DNA of 63,622 nt, filler included, from Perkinsus chesapeaki ATCC PRA-425 (GCA_013115145.1; 5 parts of 5 records of this genome joined end to end with filler, not necessarily neighbours in it); one strand, 5' to 3'. Positions 25,111 to 36,223 are shown, counted from the first letter of the whole stretch. A program made the numbers and translations. The notes: a model not told the origin generated them from the letters alone.

Positions 25111-25445
25111 ACCCGTCAGAATACCATCACTAATGGCCCATTAGTGGCCCTCTATTTGACGGTAATGTATTAAGATTCTTAATTTAAGAGCCCAGCTAGG
25201 GCTCACTGAATGGCCCAGTGATTGGTTGACAGCCATCCAGCTGCACACGTGTCTGGTGGATAGAGTAGCTGCGCATTTACCGTTCCGCATAGACTTTTGC
25301 GGAACTCCCGCAAACGTCCTCCCGCAGCGGGAGGCCACCACCAGTCCCGTGAGTGCTGATTTGCTCAACTCACTTGAGCGGGACTGGTGTGAGCGTCAAG
25401 AGGACTAGCCGGTAGTCACTACCGTATGAGAACCGTGATTACTCG

Positions 25446-26250
25446 ATGATTTTTAATCCATCTATGTATTCCTCATCATCATTATCATCATCTTCTCTGC
25501 CGCCGCCTGCTGCCACCGCTTCGGCTTCACTGTGGCGAACTGGTAGGAGCGTAGCTCCACGCGGTTCGCCATGGTGTCCTGAAGAGGCCCGCTTGTTCGA
25601 GCAAGCCCTTCAGAACCCACGGTGCGTGTGGAGGGACGCCGGCGCTGGGTGGCAATGTAGGGAAATTATTTCTTGCTCGCTGTGAGGCCGCTCGACGACG
25701 ACGATAGTAGGAGCGTCGTGGCCTTGGGAGGGATCTTGGCACGAGATTATTCGAGGCTTATGGCACGAAGTATTTTTACGACAGCGCCTTTTAAAGCAGC
25801 GCCTGTGCAACTGGGCACTGCTACAGGTTAACCATTAACCCCTGGTCCCGGCAAGGCCAACACAACAAACTGGATAATTTGGCCAACCAAAGGTTTCCGG
25901 TGATCGAGGAAATGGTGGCGTCCGTTGGAGCCGAGGCGACATTGGGGTTGGAATACCAAGATGAGGAGAATGGCGAACCTAATGATGTCTCGCAGCATGG
26001 CGATGACTTATCGGCGATGACCTGAGGTCATCGCCGATGACCTGCACACCGGGGATAACGGGGGACAAATGAGCGACACGGAGGGGGGAAGGAAAGCAGT
26101 GGAGGGAAATGAGAGTGGAAGAAGAAGAACAAGAAGTGCAAGAAGCCAATGAGGACAAAAGTTCAGGGGACACTGTCCTCTGGACAGGCGAAGCGCTGAT
26201 GCATCGTCGACTTCGAGCAGCAGCTCCGATGGACAAGGAACAGAATCTGT
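25446..26250 (+). CDS. Possible SANT/Myb-like low-complexity protein or pseudogene
   Basis: WCPEEARLFEQAL resembles SANT helix 1. Downstream acidic frames are interrupted. Confidence 0.25.
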
Positions 26251-26587
26251 TCAACAGATGACGGTAGGTCTCCGTAGTTGTTTTTGCAGGTTCTCTTAGA
26301 TAACCAAGAGGAGTCCGACGGGAAGTCCTCCGTCAACGATGACGACGACGATAACGGTTGTGCGAGGTTGTTGTTTTATAGCCCAGCCCAAACTCAACAC
26401 CTGTAGTGTGTCATATGCATTTCTCAGGAGACAGTGCAACAGCAGCAGACATATCTGATTGTGCTGACAACTGCGGTTGAGTTAAGGGGAATACTAGGGA
26501 ATTATGTCGGCAGTAGTCATACGACAAACTACCCACCAATGAACGTACTCAGATCGTAGTAGCGATACCACCACCATCACAGCACTA

Positions 26588-29520
26588 TTATCGTCTCTTC
26601 TTCTTGGACACTGGCCGCTTCTTCTCCGAGCTCTCAGGGCTACGTCGACGCTTTCGGTCCTCCTGTCACCAACAACATAATTTCCGAATAATCGGCTACC
26701 CGATTTTGGCAAAACGTTAGACTACCGATGCATTACAGAAAGATTTTCGCAGTTGCACGTGTCGCCTTGCCATTACACGGATAAACAGCATTACTTCTTA
26801 CAATACGCTTATCACACCTTAGCTTCCTCCTTGGCCTCACCTTAGCCGCTTGCTCCTCCAACTCATCCCAACTCAAACCCTCTGACTCGTCCGATGCCAA
26901 TGACACCTCCGAATCCGAATCGGAGCTCTCGTCAACTACCACCATCCTACCTTCCCAAACCACTACATATTCTACACCTACCTAAGAAGCTGCTTCCAGA
27001 ATCACTGTCACCTCCCTTATACCTACACGACAACAAGTCCGGCAACCCGGATACCCTACCACTCACTCTGATCCACCAGCCTCAGATTCGCTGTCTTCAC
27101 TCTCAGTATATTCCTCATCATCTTCATCCATCCCGTCATCCGAACCTAACCAACCCACTACTGGCGGCGGCGATCGCTTCGCGGTAGCTGCACTACCGTC
27201 ATCAACAGACTCGCCAAACCACCCCTCCCATGCACCATTATCAATAAAAGCTTGCTTATTCCTGATGAATCATGCGCATGCGTGAATACCGCTCACTGCT
27301 ATAATCTTGTTACTTATTAATTTCCTTCATAACGTTAGTCCAGTTCATATTGGTCGGCCCTTGATACCACACAATCTGATCAATAACCATTTAATAAAAA
27401 TACTGCCACCGGGGTTCGAACCCACGACCTCTCCCTCCATAGTACCCCCAGTTCCCCGAGCCACTGTTTGATCTGGTCAAGACTCTCTATCGGTATAATT
27501 GATATCCTCGCTGGAGTTTGAGCGTAATCTTTAAATATAAATGTCATATCGAAATTACGTAAGTTGAACGACACCTAAATCACCACCACCAAAAACATCC
27601 ATAACACTTCATACCGCTCTCTCCTATTACTCTTTCAAAATATACAATATCTATGTTCCTCAGACTAAGAACATATGCTGGCCAATCGGAAAGGGCCACT
27701 AGACAGTCTCGGCACGGGAATATGTCAACATGCGCCTTATTAGGTGTACCTGCTCATTCCGTCAACACTCCTCCAACGCTCCACTAGTATTACCAGTGAA
27801 GCCCAATTCCCTATAAGGCATGTCAAACTCCAAGTTGGGAGCGTATTGTGACCACACCTGCTCCTCCACTTGTCGAACAAACTCCCTATAGCACTATAAA
27901 GCTACATGAGTACAATCCTTATGTTGTAGTACCGGAATAGTTTATTCAGCTTTGTTATCATCTCTCGTTCCCTCTGCTCGTCCATGATCTCATCAGGATC
28001 GTAGCCAGCCTATACAACAAGTAACTTAACAGGATCTTAGTAGTACCAGATAACACTGCAATGAACACTCTCAGTTACACTAATAATAGAGATAAAGGCG
28101 GCCACACGCATGGCACGCCATCCCAATTGGCAAAGCTCATCAAGGTAGGTTGTGCAATGCAAACATTACGCTACCGCTTGACCTCTCGCTTGACTTGACC
28201 GCTTCGCGGGGAAAGCGTTTCTCCCTACGATTCCAATATCCTATATTACCCTCCTCCTTGTGCCTAGATCATCTCCAGCTGATCGAGTCTCCGTATAGAA
28301 CTGTATATCATACGTTTTCTTCTTACCACTAACCTAAACCTCATACCGCTCTCTCCTCAAATCATCTCTACAACTACTCTACCAGTATAGGATCCTTAAG
28401 ATTGAAGTGCAGCAACACAGTCTGATCGTTCTCACAGGGCTGGAATATAGCATGAGCTATATTACGATAGATGATATCGACATGCTCTGCTCGTGAGGAG
28501 GTGAATCTAAAACCAACTCCCCTCATCACCAACTCCTACCTAGCCCTACCTGAAGCCATTCTGATGTGCCTCCAGTGTCCCCACTGCTCTATTACGGCCA
28601 GTAGATCCGAGTTGAGGCTTCACGTTGAGGTCCCTAAACGATAAAGGGACCGTTGCCGTGTATCCCCATAACCCTTATAATGAAGTAATATATATTTATA
28701 TAAAAGATATCTAAACCACTCTCCTACTATGCCACACAAGTAATGCTCACGTATCACTATAACTAATATAAGCCGTATTAATATCATCTCACGATAACAG
28801 TACTACCATCATCCTCCTTACCTCAGCACAGGTCTGCTCCTGTCCTTGATAAGTTTCAATGACGGCTGTTCTTTAATATCCTTCATAGTATTAGCCTCTA
28901 ATTCCCTCGTCCTTTGCCTCTTCTGCAGCTCCTTCAGTCCCCTATAACAATTCATACCGCTCCCTCTGCAAACTCCCCAACTACCTGAATACCGCCTGGA
29001 GATTCCTACCATCCTCCGACCTATAATTAAGCTCCTTAAGATACACCAAAGACTGCTTGCTCCTAAACCCCACCAACCTCCCCCCCACATAGCCACACTC
29101 CAATCCTACCTATTAGACTCAGGGAACATATCCTGTTGAACAAAGCTCGTTCCAGGAGCATGGAAATTAATACCTAGCCACCAGCAAAGCTCCACAAGGA
29201 ACCCCTGCAAGCCCTACGTATAGAGGTATACTTGCCACCCTCATCATTAGGCTTGCTGACATTCTTAATAGTGCGGATATGGAAGGGAACTAATGTTCCG
29301 TTGATGGGGACCAGTAGTGTATCATGCTTGGCATCAACAGTAAGCTTAGTTGTCCTTATATCGTGGGGGATCTCATCCGGGGAGGAATAGGACTAACGGA
29401 AATAATAGTAAAGATTGAAGAACAAACAACGGAGAGAACAAACATAGCTTCCTATAATAAAACAGTAGCAGAGAAGAGGTAGGTAAATACCTGTGTCAAT
29501 AGGGGAAACACTAATTATAA
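26588..29520 (-). CDS. SPT16: FACT complex subunit SPT16, 3' portion (5' part lost at gap), many exons
   Basis: DAKHDTLLVPINGTLVPFHIRTIKNVSK, FNLRNFDMTFIFKDY, KQWLGELG|IVWYQGPTNMNWTNVMK, an acidic tract with EGLSWDELEEQAAK, and a basic tail KKRPVSKKKRR*. Confidence 0.92.
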
Positions 29521-29560
29521 AATCCACTTCATGCGCTCCTCGTTTAATATAAGCACCCTG

Positions 29561-29564
<4 letters not shown>

Positions 29565-29628
<64 letters not shown>

Positions 29629-29737
29629 CGGGGGGGNNNNNNNNNNNNNNNNNNNNNNNNNNNNNNNNNNNNNNNNNNNNTTAATTAATTAANNNNNNNN
29701 NNNNNNNNNNNNNNNNNNNNNNNNNNNNNNNNNNNNA
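29565..29737. other. Poly-G contig end plus N-gap with TTAATTAATTAA linker (assembly artefact)
   Basis: The same 12-mer sits centred in N runs at 29681, 57145, 60425 and 62261. Confidence 0.95.
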
Positions 29738-29975
29738 AGTTTCCTGGAGCTTGGAGCCCAATCAAGTTTCCTGGAGCTCCGAGCCCAATCAAGTTTCCTG
29801 GAGCTTGGAGCCCAATCAAGTTTCCTGGAGCTTGGAGCCCAATCAAGTTTCCTGGAGCTCCGAGCCCAATCAAGTTTCCTGGAGCTTGGATCCCAATCAA
29901 GTTTCCTGGAGCTTGGATCCCAATCAAGTTTCCTCGAGCTTGGAGCCCAATCAAGTCTCCTCGAGGTCGGGCCCA
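29738..29975. repeat. 27-bp tandem repeat, about 8.5 copies, truncated by gap
   Basis: Unit aagtttcctggagcttggagcccaatc, with ctccgag and ttggatc variants. Confidence 0.97.
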
Positions 29976-30556
29976 GTAGAACCCCTCTCGTGCGGGGAAC
30001 CCAGGAACTGAAATGCAACCCAACTTCGCTTGGCAGCTTCAATAGACCTGGTGGTAATAGAGTGGAGAGTGTCACTCTCCGGGGTTGAGCTCCACCGGCG
30101 GTATTCCGAATACCGTATTCGTGAAAGACTCATTTTCGAGAAGTTTTGTTCCCACAATAATTGCGTGACTCTCAAGATGGACTAACAAGGGGTGCGGTGG
30201 AATGAGCCTTATCTACCAGGGTCACCAGATCACACCATGCGCGGCACAACCCCTTCTTTCAAGAAGGGGTTGGGAAAATGGTGGATCGTGCTTTATTTCG
30301 CTCCGTCGCAACACTACTGGAAATGATCCGATCACGCGCAATATTCTTGACCATCTTTATTGCCCACAAAGCCATCATATCACACTATAGTAGGAAGGTA
30401 ACAGCAGTCGATATTGGCAAGCCAAAAGGAGTATTATTAATGGAGAATAGGACAACTGCAAATGCAGAAGCACGGTTCGCCTCGCACGCATACACATGTG
30501 CATGCGTGCCAGATCCCGTTCTCGTTTTGACGTCACCCACTTTATCTAACGTGATA

Positions 30557-32071
30557 ATGGCTTACGCTAGACCCTTCGCCTGGACAGACCGCGCCGGCAA
30601 CACTTACCACTACTATGAAAACCCGCTGTGGCTGGCCTGTGTGTTCATACTAACGCAAGAGCTCTGTGAAAGGTTGGCCTTCTATAGTCTTTCCCCGAAT
30701 CTCCAACTTGTTCTCAAGGATTACCTCGGCTACGCGGACACCCAAGCTGACTCATATGTGTCGCTCTTCAATGCAATCCTTTATGTAACCCCGCTTCTGG
30801 GTGGCATTCTGGCCGACACCATTGCTGGCGTATACTTCACAATTCTGGGCTTTTCATTGTTGTACATGCTGGGCTTGGTTATTCTAACACTTGCATCCAT
30901 TCGGTCTATCAGCGAGCCCTGGATGATTCATCTGTCGTTACTAGTCCTCATAACCATTGGAGCTGGTGGTATTAAGAGCTGTGTCAACGTTATGGGAGCT
31001 CAACAAATGCACCCCGATGAACACAAGGAGCTCATAACTAGGTTTTTCACCTACTTCTACGCCTCAATCAACATTGGAGCAGTCATCGGCGGCATCGTGA
31101 GCCCAATCCTCCTTCAGGAGGTGAGCTACACTGCAAGCTTTGTCTTCCCGCTGGCCTTCTTTGCCGTCGCCACTATCATATTTGTTGTTGGTGATTTTAT
31201 GAACCGTTATGTGAAGACAAAACCCCAAGGCTCTGCCGTCTTGCAGGTTGGTGAAGTTGCTGTGTATTCTGTCGCCCGCTGCTCCCTCGAGAAGAATAAA
31301 GAAAGTAGAGGTGGAACTTTCAAGGATGACTTCATCGAGGATGCTCGTGTGTTCTTTCATTTGCTACCGTTATTCGCACTAATTGTCCCATTCAATATGG
31401 CATACAATGATATGAATACGACGTGGTTAACGCAAGCTTTCAAAATGGACAAGAACTTGTTCGGTTGGAACATGCCGGCTGCATGGATGCAAAACGTAGA
31501 TCCCATTGCTGTTGTGGTCACGTCTATCCTGGTCGATCGTGTACTATACCCTTGGCTACGTAAGCGCAATATGATGCCTTCTGTTCTGGTTCGCTTCTTC
31601 ATCGGGTCACTATTTGGTGCTCTAGCTCTGCTTTGTGCTTTGATTGTGGAGTACCAAGTTATGAACCACGCTTTATTTACTGTTTCGGTTTGGTGGCAAA
31701 TCCCCCAATTCGCTTTTATCGCCACGGGGGAAATTTTCCTCATCTCGACGAGTTATGAGGTTGCTTTCACGCACGCCCCACCTCAACTGAAAGCAGTTGC
31801 ATCTGCTATGAATCTCTGTTTCATGGCGATCGCCAACGGCATCTCCTCTGAAATTTTTCGAGCCGCCGCTCCTTGGATGCCCGACTTCGACTTTAGCAAA
31901 CCCGAGGAGTCTGTGATTGGGTCTCATTATGATTACTACTACTGCGTTCTGATAGGCATATGCCTTTTCGGAGCTGCTTGTTGCCTGCTCATGGTGCCTT
32001 ACTACCGCCGCGTCCATGCTGTGGCGATGGCTCGTCAGAAGTCCGAGTACGACGGCGGTCTGGAACTGTGA
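30557..32071 (+). CDS. POT/PTR proton-dependent oligopeptide transporter, intronless
   Basis: ExxER-like motif QELCERLAFY, LGGILADT, GAGGIKSCV, FFTYFYASINIGA and EVAFTHAP. The start at 30557 (MAYARPF) is inferred, and the ORF is open from 30278. Confidence 0.93.
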   Translation: MAYARPFAWTDRAGNTYHYYENPLWLACVFILTQELCERLAFYSLSPNLQLVLKDYLGYADTQADSYVSLFNAILYVTPLLGGILADTIAGVYFTILGFSLLYMLGLVILTLASIRSISEPWMIHLSLLVLITIGAGGIKSCVNVMGAQQMHPDEHKELITRFFTYFYASINIGAVIGGIVSPILLQEVSYTASFVFPLAFFAVATIIFVVGDFMNRYVKTKPQGSAVLQVGEVAVYSVARCSLEKNKESRGGTFKDDFIEDARVFFHLLPLFALIVPFNMAYNDMNTTWLTQAFKMDKNLFGWNMPAAWMQNVDPIAVVVTSILVDRVLYPWLRKRNMMPSVLVRFFIGSLFGALALLCALIVEYQVMNHALFTVSVWWQIPQFAFIATGEIFLISTSYEVAFTHAPPQLKAVASAMNLCFMAIANGISSEIFRAAAPWMPDFDFSKPEESVIGSHYDYYYCVLIGICLFGAACCLLMVPYYRRVHAVAMARQKSEYDGGLEL

Positions 32072-32707
32072 ACAGCAACTGTCTTGTCAAACCTTTCGAA
32101 TAAGAATTTAGTCACTAGTGAGGATTCACGCTATAGTCTCTTTCCGGTCCTCGAGTCGAGGACCTCGACATAACAATACGGTTATTTCGCTCATACCATG
32201 GAAGTTGGTTAGTCAATCAATCACATATGTACAATACCTGGATAACCAGTAGGCGGAGACTGTTATACAGGGCGAATCAGCGAACACGATGAAATTTGTA
32301 ACCGGTGGGTTATACCTAAGGGAGCGGGTTAAGCCTGCCGGGTTTGTAATTTCATTTCTATCAACGTCTTTGCGCACCACTGGTACGGTACCGCCAATCC
32401 TATTGGGGATTGGGCTAGTGGTCGTCTCTGCCCTGAAGAAGCTGCTCTGATTACGCGCGCATAATGCTGATCGTCGCGGTCCGGGTGTCAAGCTTGGGCG
32501 CGATTCCCGGACCCACTAGGTTCGTACCTGCAAGTGCGAGACCTATTTGATTGAGTCACCGGAGCTGGCATAACGGAAGTTGATTGTAGAACGGGGATAT
32601 TCAAGAGGGATTATACTGATACGGGGTTATACACTTCAGGATACTGCTTTTGAGATGTAGTTACTACATTGTAGTACAACTCACTAGAGACTAAGGCTTA
32701 CGATGAA

Positions 32708-32781
32708 TACTCTGGGCGGGACTTGAACCCGCAACCTTTGGATTAGAAGTCCAACGCTCTATCCGATTGAGCCACCAGAGC
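32708..32781 (-). tRNA. trnR-UCU: tRNA-Arg(UCU)
   Basis: Complete 74-nt cloverleaf GCTCTGG...CCAGAGTA, with anticodon loop CTTCTAA and T-loop TTCAAGT. Confidence 0.95.
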
Positions 32782-33520
32782 TTGCGTAGCGGAAGTTGTT
32801 TATAGAACGGGGATATTCAAGAGGGAGGATTCTGTTTTTGTACTTCAACGAAAATTCGGTGGCTTTGCTAACCCATGCTTGCGGGTTAGCCAGTTGAACG
32901 CAGGTCTCGTTAGAGGCCCTGGTCAATTCTAGCGTAGACGGGAAGTGTCAGCGCGCGGCTGTAAAAGGGCGCGCGCATCGGTAGTTAGTACATGAGTGTT
33001 TCAATCCAAGGTTTTGGTATTAGCGAACATCGAATGGGCGGGGAGCGCGGAAGTATGGTGAAGTGTAGTCATAGGTTCGCCATCTTGCGGACCGTAGGAT
33101 CAATATGACAGAGTTTTTGATCTGGAATTAGAGTATATTGATATAAGTTATATCATATAACGTAAATAATTTTTCTTGGTTGAATGAGTGACAGGTCTGT
33201 CCTGGAAGGGTCTTTGGGGTTTTATAGAACATAACCCATGGTGATAGATCTCAGCTATGCTGAGTTTTGCAAGTGATAATATATACGATAGCACCATGCA
33301 TCTATGGGGTTATGTATCCAGGACATCCTGTGACAAGTCCACGGGCCTCGGGTTGGTGGTTTGTGGACTTGTCCTTCGCATCACACTCATTCGACCATAT
33401 ACTGTATATTGGAGAGAGCTTCACGTTGGAGCAACCAATGGAAGTCACAGCAGTGCCCTAAACTGCTAAATGCTAGCCCGAGGTTGGACTCGGTAGACTT
33501 GTGGTTTTCTCGAAACGATA

Positions 33521-33592
33521 GACCTCGTGGCGCAGTGGAAGCGCGTCAATATCCGGAGCCGGAGGTTGCGGGTTCAAGTTCCGCCGGGGTTA
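33521..33592 (+). pseudogene. trnR-CCG: tRNA-Arg(CCG) variant with disrupted anticodon stem, probable pseudo-tRNA
   Basis: Compared with 36152-36223, TCGGT-TTCCGGA is changed to TCAAT-ATCCGGA, which breaks stem pairs. The T-stem also has a C>T change. Confidence 0.75.
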
Positions 33593-33654
33593 AACACTTC
33601 AGGATACTGCTTAACAGTTAGTATAACTCACTAAAGACTAAGGCTTACGATGAA

Positions 33655-33728
33655 TACTCTGGGCGGGACTTGAACCCGCAACCTTTGGATTAGAAGTCCA
33701 ACACTCTATCCAATTGAGCCACCAGAGC
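33655..33728 (-). tRNA. trnR-UCU: tRNA-Arg(UCU), two substitutions
   Basis: Full cloverleaf with a D-loop C>T and a D-stem C>T (G-U pair) relative to the other copies. Confidence 0.9.
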
Positions 33729-33904
33729 TTATTGCCAACTCGCTTCTTACTTTAACTATATGTTGTCATTCGATGTATTTATGTCGGATTTGGCGCGTTA
33801 GGCATCTCACTCTTTTAGGTACGCCGCTGCTCGCCTGAGGGTTTCGCCGAACCATCCGTGTTTGCTGGCGATAGTTCCTCAAATTAGACTTCTTTTGTTG
33901 TCTA

Positions 33905-34227
33905 GAGTACCGACAACGATTAAGGATGATTTCAACTGTCTCGACGCCTGCTATACATTAGGGTAAACACGACCAGACTTGTGGACGAGATCTCCCATTT
34001 TTAGGTATGATAATTTATCAAGGGTTTTGGCTATTCATGCTCAAAGGAACCTCGCAGCTGTAGAGGATTTGGATGATCTCATCGCAGTTGGTAGAAAGAT
34101 AAAAGAAAATGGTGCAGAAAACGCTCAGACGTGGATACCATGGTGGGTGTATGGCATTCAATGCTCCTGCATGCGCGAGTATGTCCGATATGGCCGAGAC
34201 CCGTTGTGCGCTGACATCTTCCGGTAA
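33905..34227 (+). CDS. Hypothetical multi-exon protein
   Basis: VPTTIKDDFNCLDACYTLG|YDNLSRVLAIHAQRNL joins in frame across a GT-AG intron. The 3' structure is unclear. Confidence 0.4.
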
Positions 34228-34261
34228 AAACTAAGATTAGGTTTCAAAATTGGTGTTCGGA

Positions 34262-34335
34262 GCTCTGGTGGCTCAATCGGATAGAGCGTTGGACTTCTAC
34301 TCCAAAGGTTGCGGGTTCAAGTCCCGCCCAGAGTA
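34262..34335 (+). tRNA. trnR-UCU: tRNA-Arg(UCU)
   Basis: Full cloverleaf with loop CTTCTAC (last loop base A>C), followed by T-rich sequence. Confidence 0.92.
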
Positions 34336-34759
34336 TTTCTTCGTTTTGAGCTTTTGACATCTCGTAGGGTGTCATGAGTACGCTGCAATTCGCTAGCCGC
34401 CACAGTGAATGTATATCTCGTGGCTCCCAGCTGTATACCGAGCGTGCTAGATCACAGGTTAGAATTCCTTTCCATTGATTTCAGGTGCGAGGCCGTTGAT
34501 GAGAGACTCCAGGCTTTGCAGAACGATGAGTTCTACACTAAGGCCCTTAGTCAGCGGAATGTAATACCATGGCACTGTCAAGTTCGCGGACATGGTTAAC
34601 TGTGGTGAGCAGCAATGAAGAATGTCACGCTCAGATTGCCGATATCGAAAGGACATTCACGACCTTGAGGAGATCCCTCCGCCATGTCAATGCATTCAAA
34701 GTGAAGCATGGTAGACAAGCTGTGACAGATGGCCTAACCAATCCGGCATTGTCAGTGGA

Positions 34760-35270
34760 AGGTTTCTGATAACTCCACCAGCTTTTGAGTTTCAGCAGCT
34801 GGTCGAATCCGTTTTGACAAGTTCCGGTTCACCCACAATAGATCAGATGGTTCGGAACCCGGCCTCTGACTTGTCCCGACGAAGTACATTGATAAACGTG
34901 AGCTAACGTGAGAATCTCAACTAACGATTAGAGCTTCTCGAATCGCCATAAGAGCTTCTGCCTTCATCACGTCAGCTTGACAGCCTTGGTCACCAAGGAC
35001 AACAATACTCTGGGCGGGACTTGAACCCGCAACCTTTGGATTAGAAGTCCAACGCTCTATCCGATTGAGCCACCAGAGCTGATACCAAGTTCCATCGCTC
35101 TTCGCATAACGCACCTGCGCGGGATAGCCATCTCATGGTGTCGTGCCATCTAGAATGATATCAACGTCATGTGCTGCAAAAAGTGAGATTGTGATCCTGA
35201 ACTTCAAATTATCGTTCGCCTACCCATACCTGCGCAAATACAGATTCAAGCAACGGATACACAATAAAAT
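34760..35270 (-). CDS. Hypothetical multi-exon protein, proposed host gene of an intronic tRNA
   Basis: THFIVYPLLESVFAQ|MARHHEMAIPRRCVMRRAMELG|CQADVMKAEALMAIREALI joins in frame using GT-AG introns. Confidence 0.45.
35006..35079 (-). tRNA. trnR-UCU: tRNA-Arg(UCU)
   Basis: Identical to the copies at 32708 and 36286. Confidence 0.95.
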
Positions 35271-35512
35271 GAGTCTACAGCCGTCGCCGAAATCTCGATA
35301 GAAAGTTAGTGGCGGAGAGTCTTCGCTGAAGATCCAATGATCTCCTTGGCTATGGGTCATACAGGTTCGGTTCAACCAGAGCTCGCGCGACTGAGTCTCG
35401 ATGTAGACCACGGGGATAGGAATTCTTGCTTCGCTCGCCCTCGGTTATCGATCACGCACAAAAATACATTTCCATCCACTCCCATCGCTGCTGAAGTCTC
35501 ATATCCTCACCA

Positions 35513-35740
35513 ATGCGTTTTGCTATCAGCGCTGTCGCGGTCCTGTTGTCGGCTATAATCTCTACTCATCCCACACTTGGAACTTGGTTAGTCAAAAAAC
35601 AGCTGGCCGAAGGAAAATTCGCCCAAAACTGGGAGAAAGATAAGAAGGAAGCCAAGGCCTTGCGCAAGGCGAAGGAAAGTTCCGACAGTGGGAACGCAAA
35701 GGGCAGCGAAAAGACAGAGAAAAAAGAAAAGAAAGACTAG
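35513..35740 (+). CDS. Small secreted Lys/Glu-rich protein (75 aa)
   Basis: Signal-like MRFAISAVAVLLSAIIST followed by a charged tail ending EKTEKKEKKD. Confidence 0.55.
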   Translation: MRFAISAVAVLLSAIISTHPTLGTWLVKKQLAEGKFAQNWEKDKKEAKALRKAKESSDSGNAKGSEKTEKKEKKD

Positions 35741-36151
35741 AATGGTGATAAACCCTAGGTGTTCACAGCAGGAAATTTAGCCATTGACGAGATGAATGTA
35801 AGGTGTGGTACTGTGTGCTCCATGGAATGCTTTTATTGACGTGATGTTGTTAATATGAGCTTGGGGTTGTGTTCGTAACAGTAGTAATCAATACATATGA
35901 ACCCACTGCAAATTCATCAGACTATCTGCTAGCTGAAAAAAGATGTGTGGTAATGAAGTCCCTCAAGGCTCAATCTTGCACGTAGCCTTTCCTTCAATCA
36001 ACAGTTTCCGTGTATCTGTCAGGCATTTGTGGGCACGTATTTGTAGGCTAACTAGCTCTCATCATGACAGAATCATCAATCGCTGGATGTGACCCTCCCT
36101 CATGTTCTATGTTTACTCCCGAATTTATGTTGTAGTAATTCATTGTTACTC

Positions 36152-36223
36152 GGCCTCGTGGCGCAATGGAAGCGCGTCGGTTTCCGGAGCCGGAGGTTGC
36201 GGGTTCAAGTCCCGCCGGGGTTA
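36152..36223 (+). tRNA. trnR-CCG: tRNA-Arg(CCG)
   Basis: GGCCTCG/CGGGGTT acceptor stem, GCGC D-stem, loop TTCCGGA, and T-arm GCGGG-TTCAAGT-CCCGC. Confidence 0.9.

Noticed and set aside
29565-29636. Long poly-G as a G-quadruplex element
   Set aside because: It abuts a gap and is typical of low-quality read ends.
29681-29692. TTAATTAATTAA palindrome recurring four times
   Set aside because: It is always centred in N runs, so it is an artificial six-frame-stop contig linker.
29738-29975. 27-bp (also 21-, 28- and 35-bp) repeats as CRISPR arrays
   Set aside because: They are head-to-tail tandem units with no unique spacers and no cas genes, in a eukaryotic context.
34225-34370. tRNA-Arg at 34262 as a second intronic tRNA
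   Set aside because: GT and AG sites exist, but no splice choice gave a clean continued frame. The upstream ORF may simply stop at 34227, and this tRNA has a T-rich trailer.
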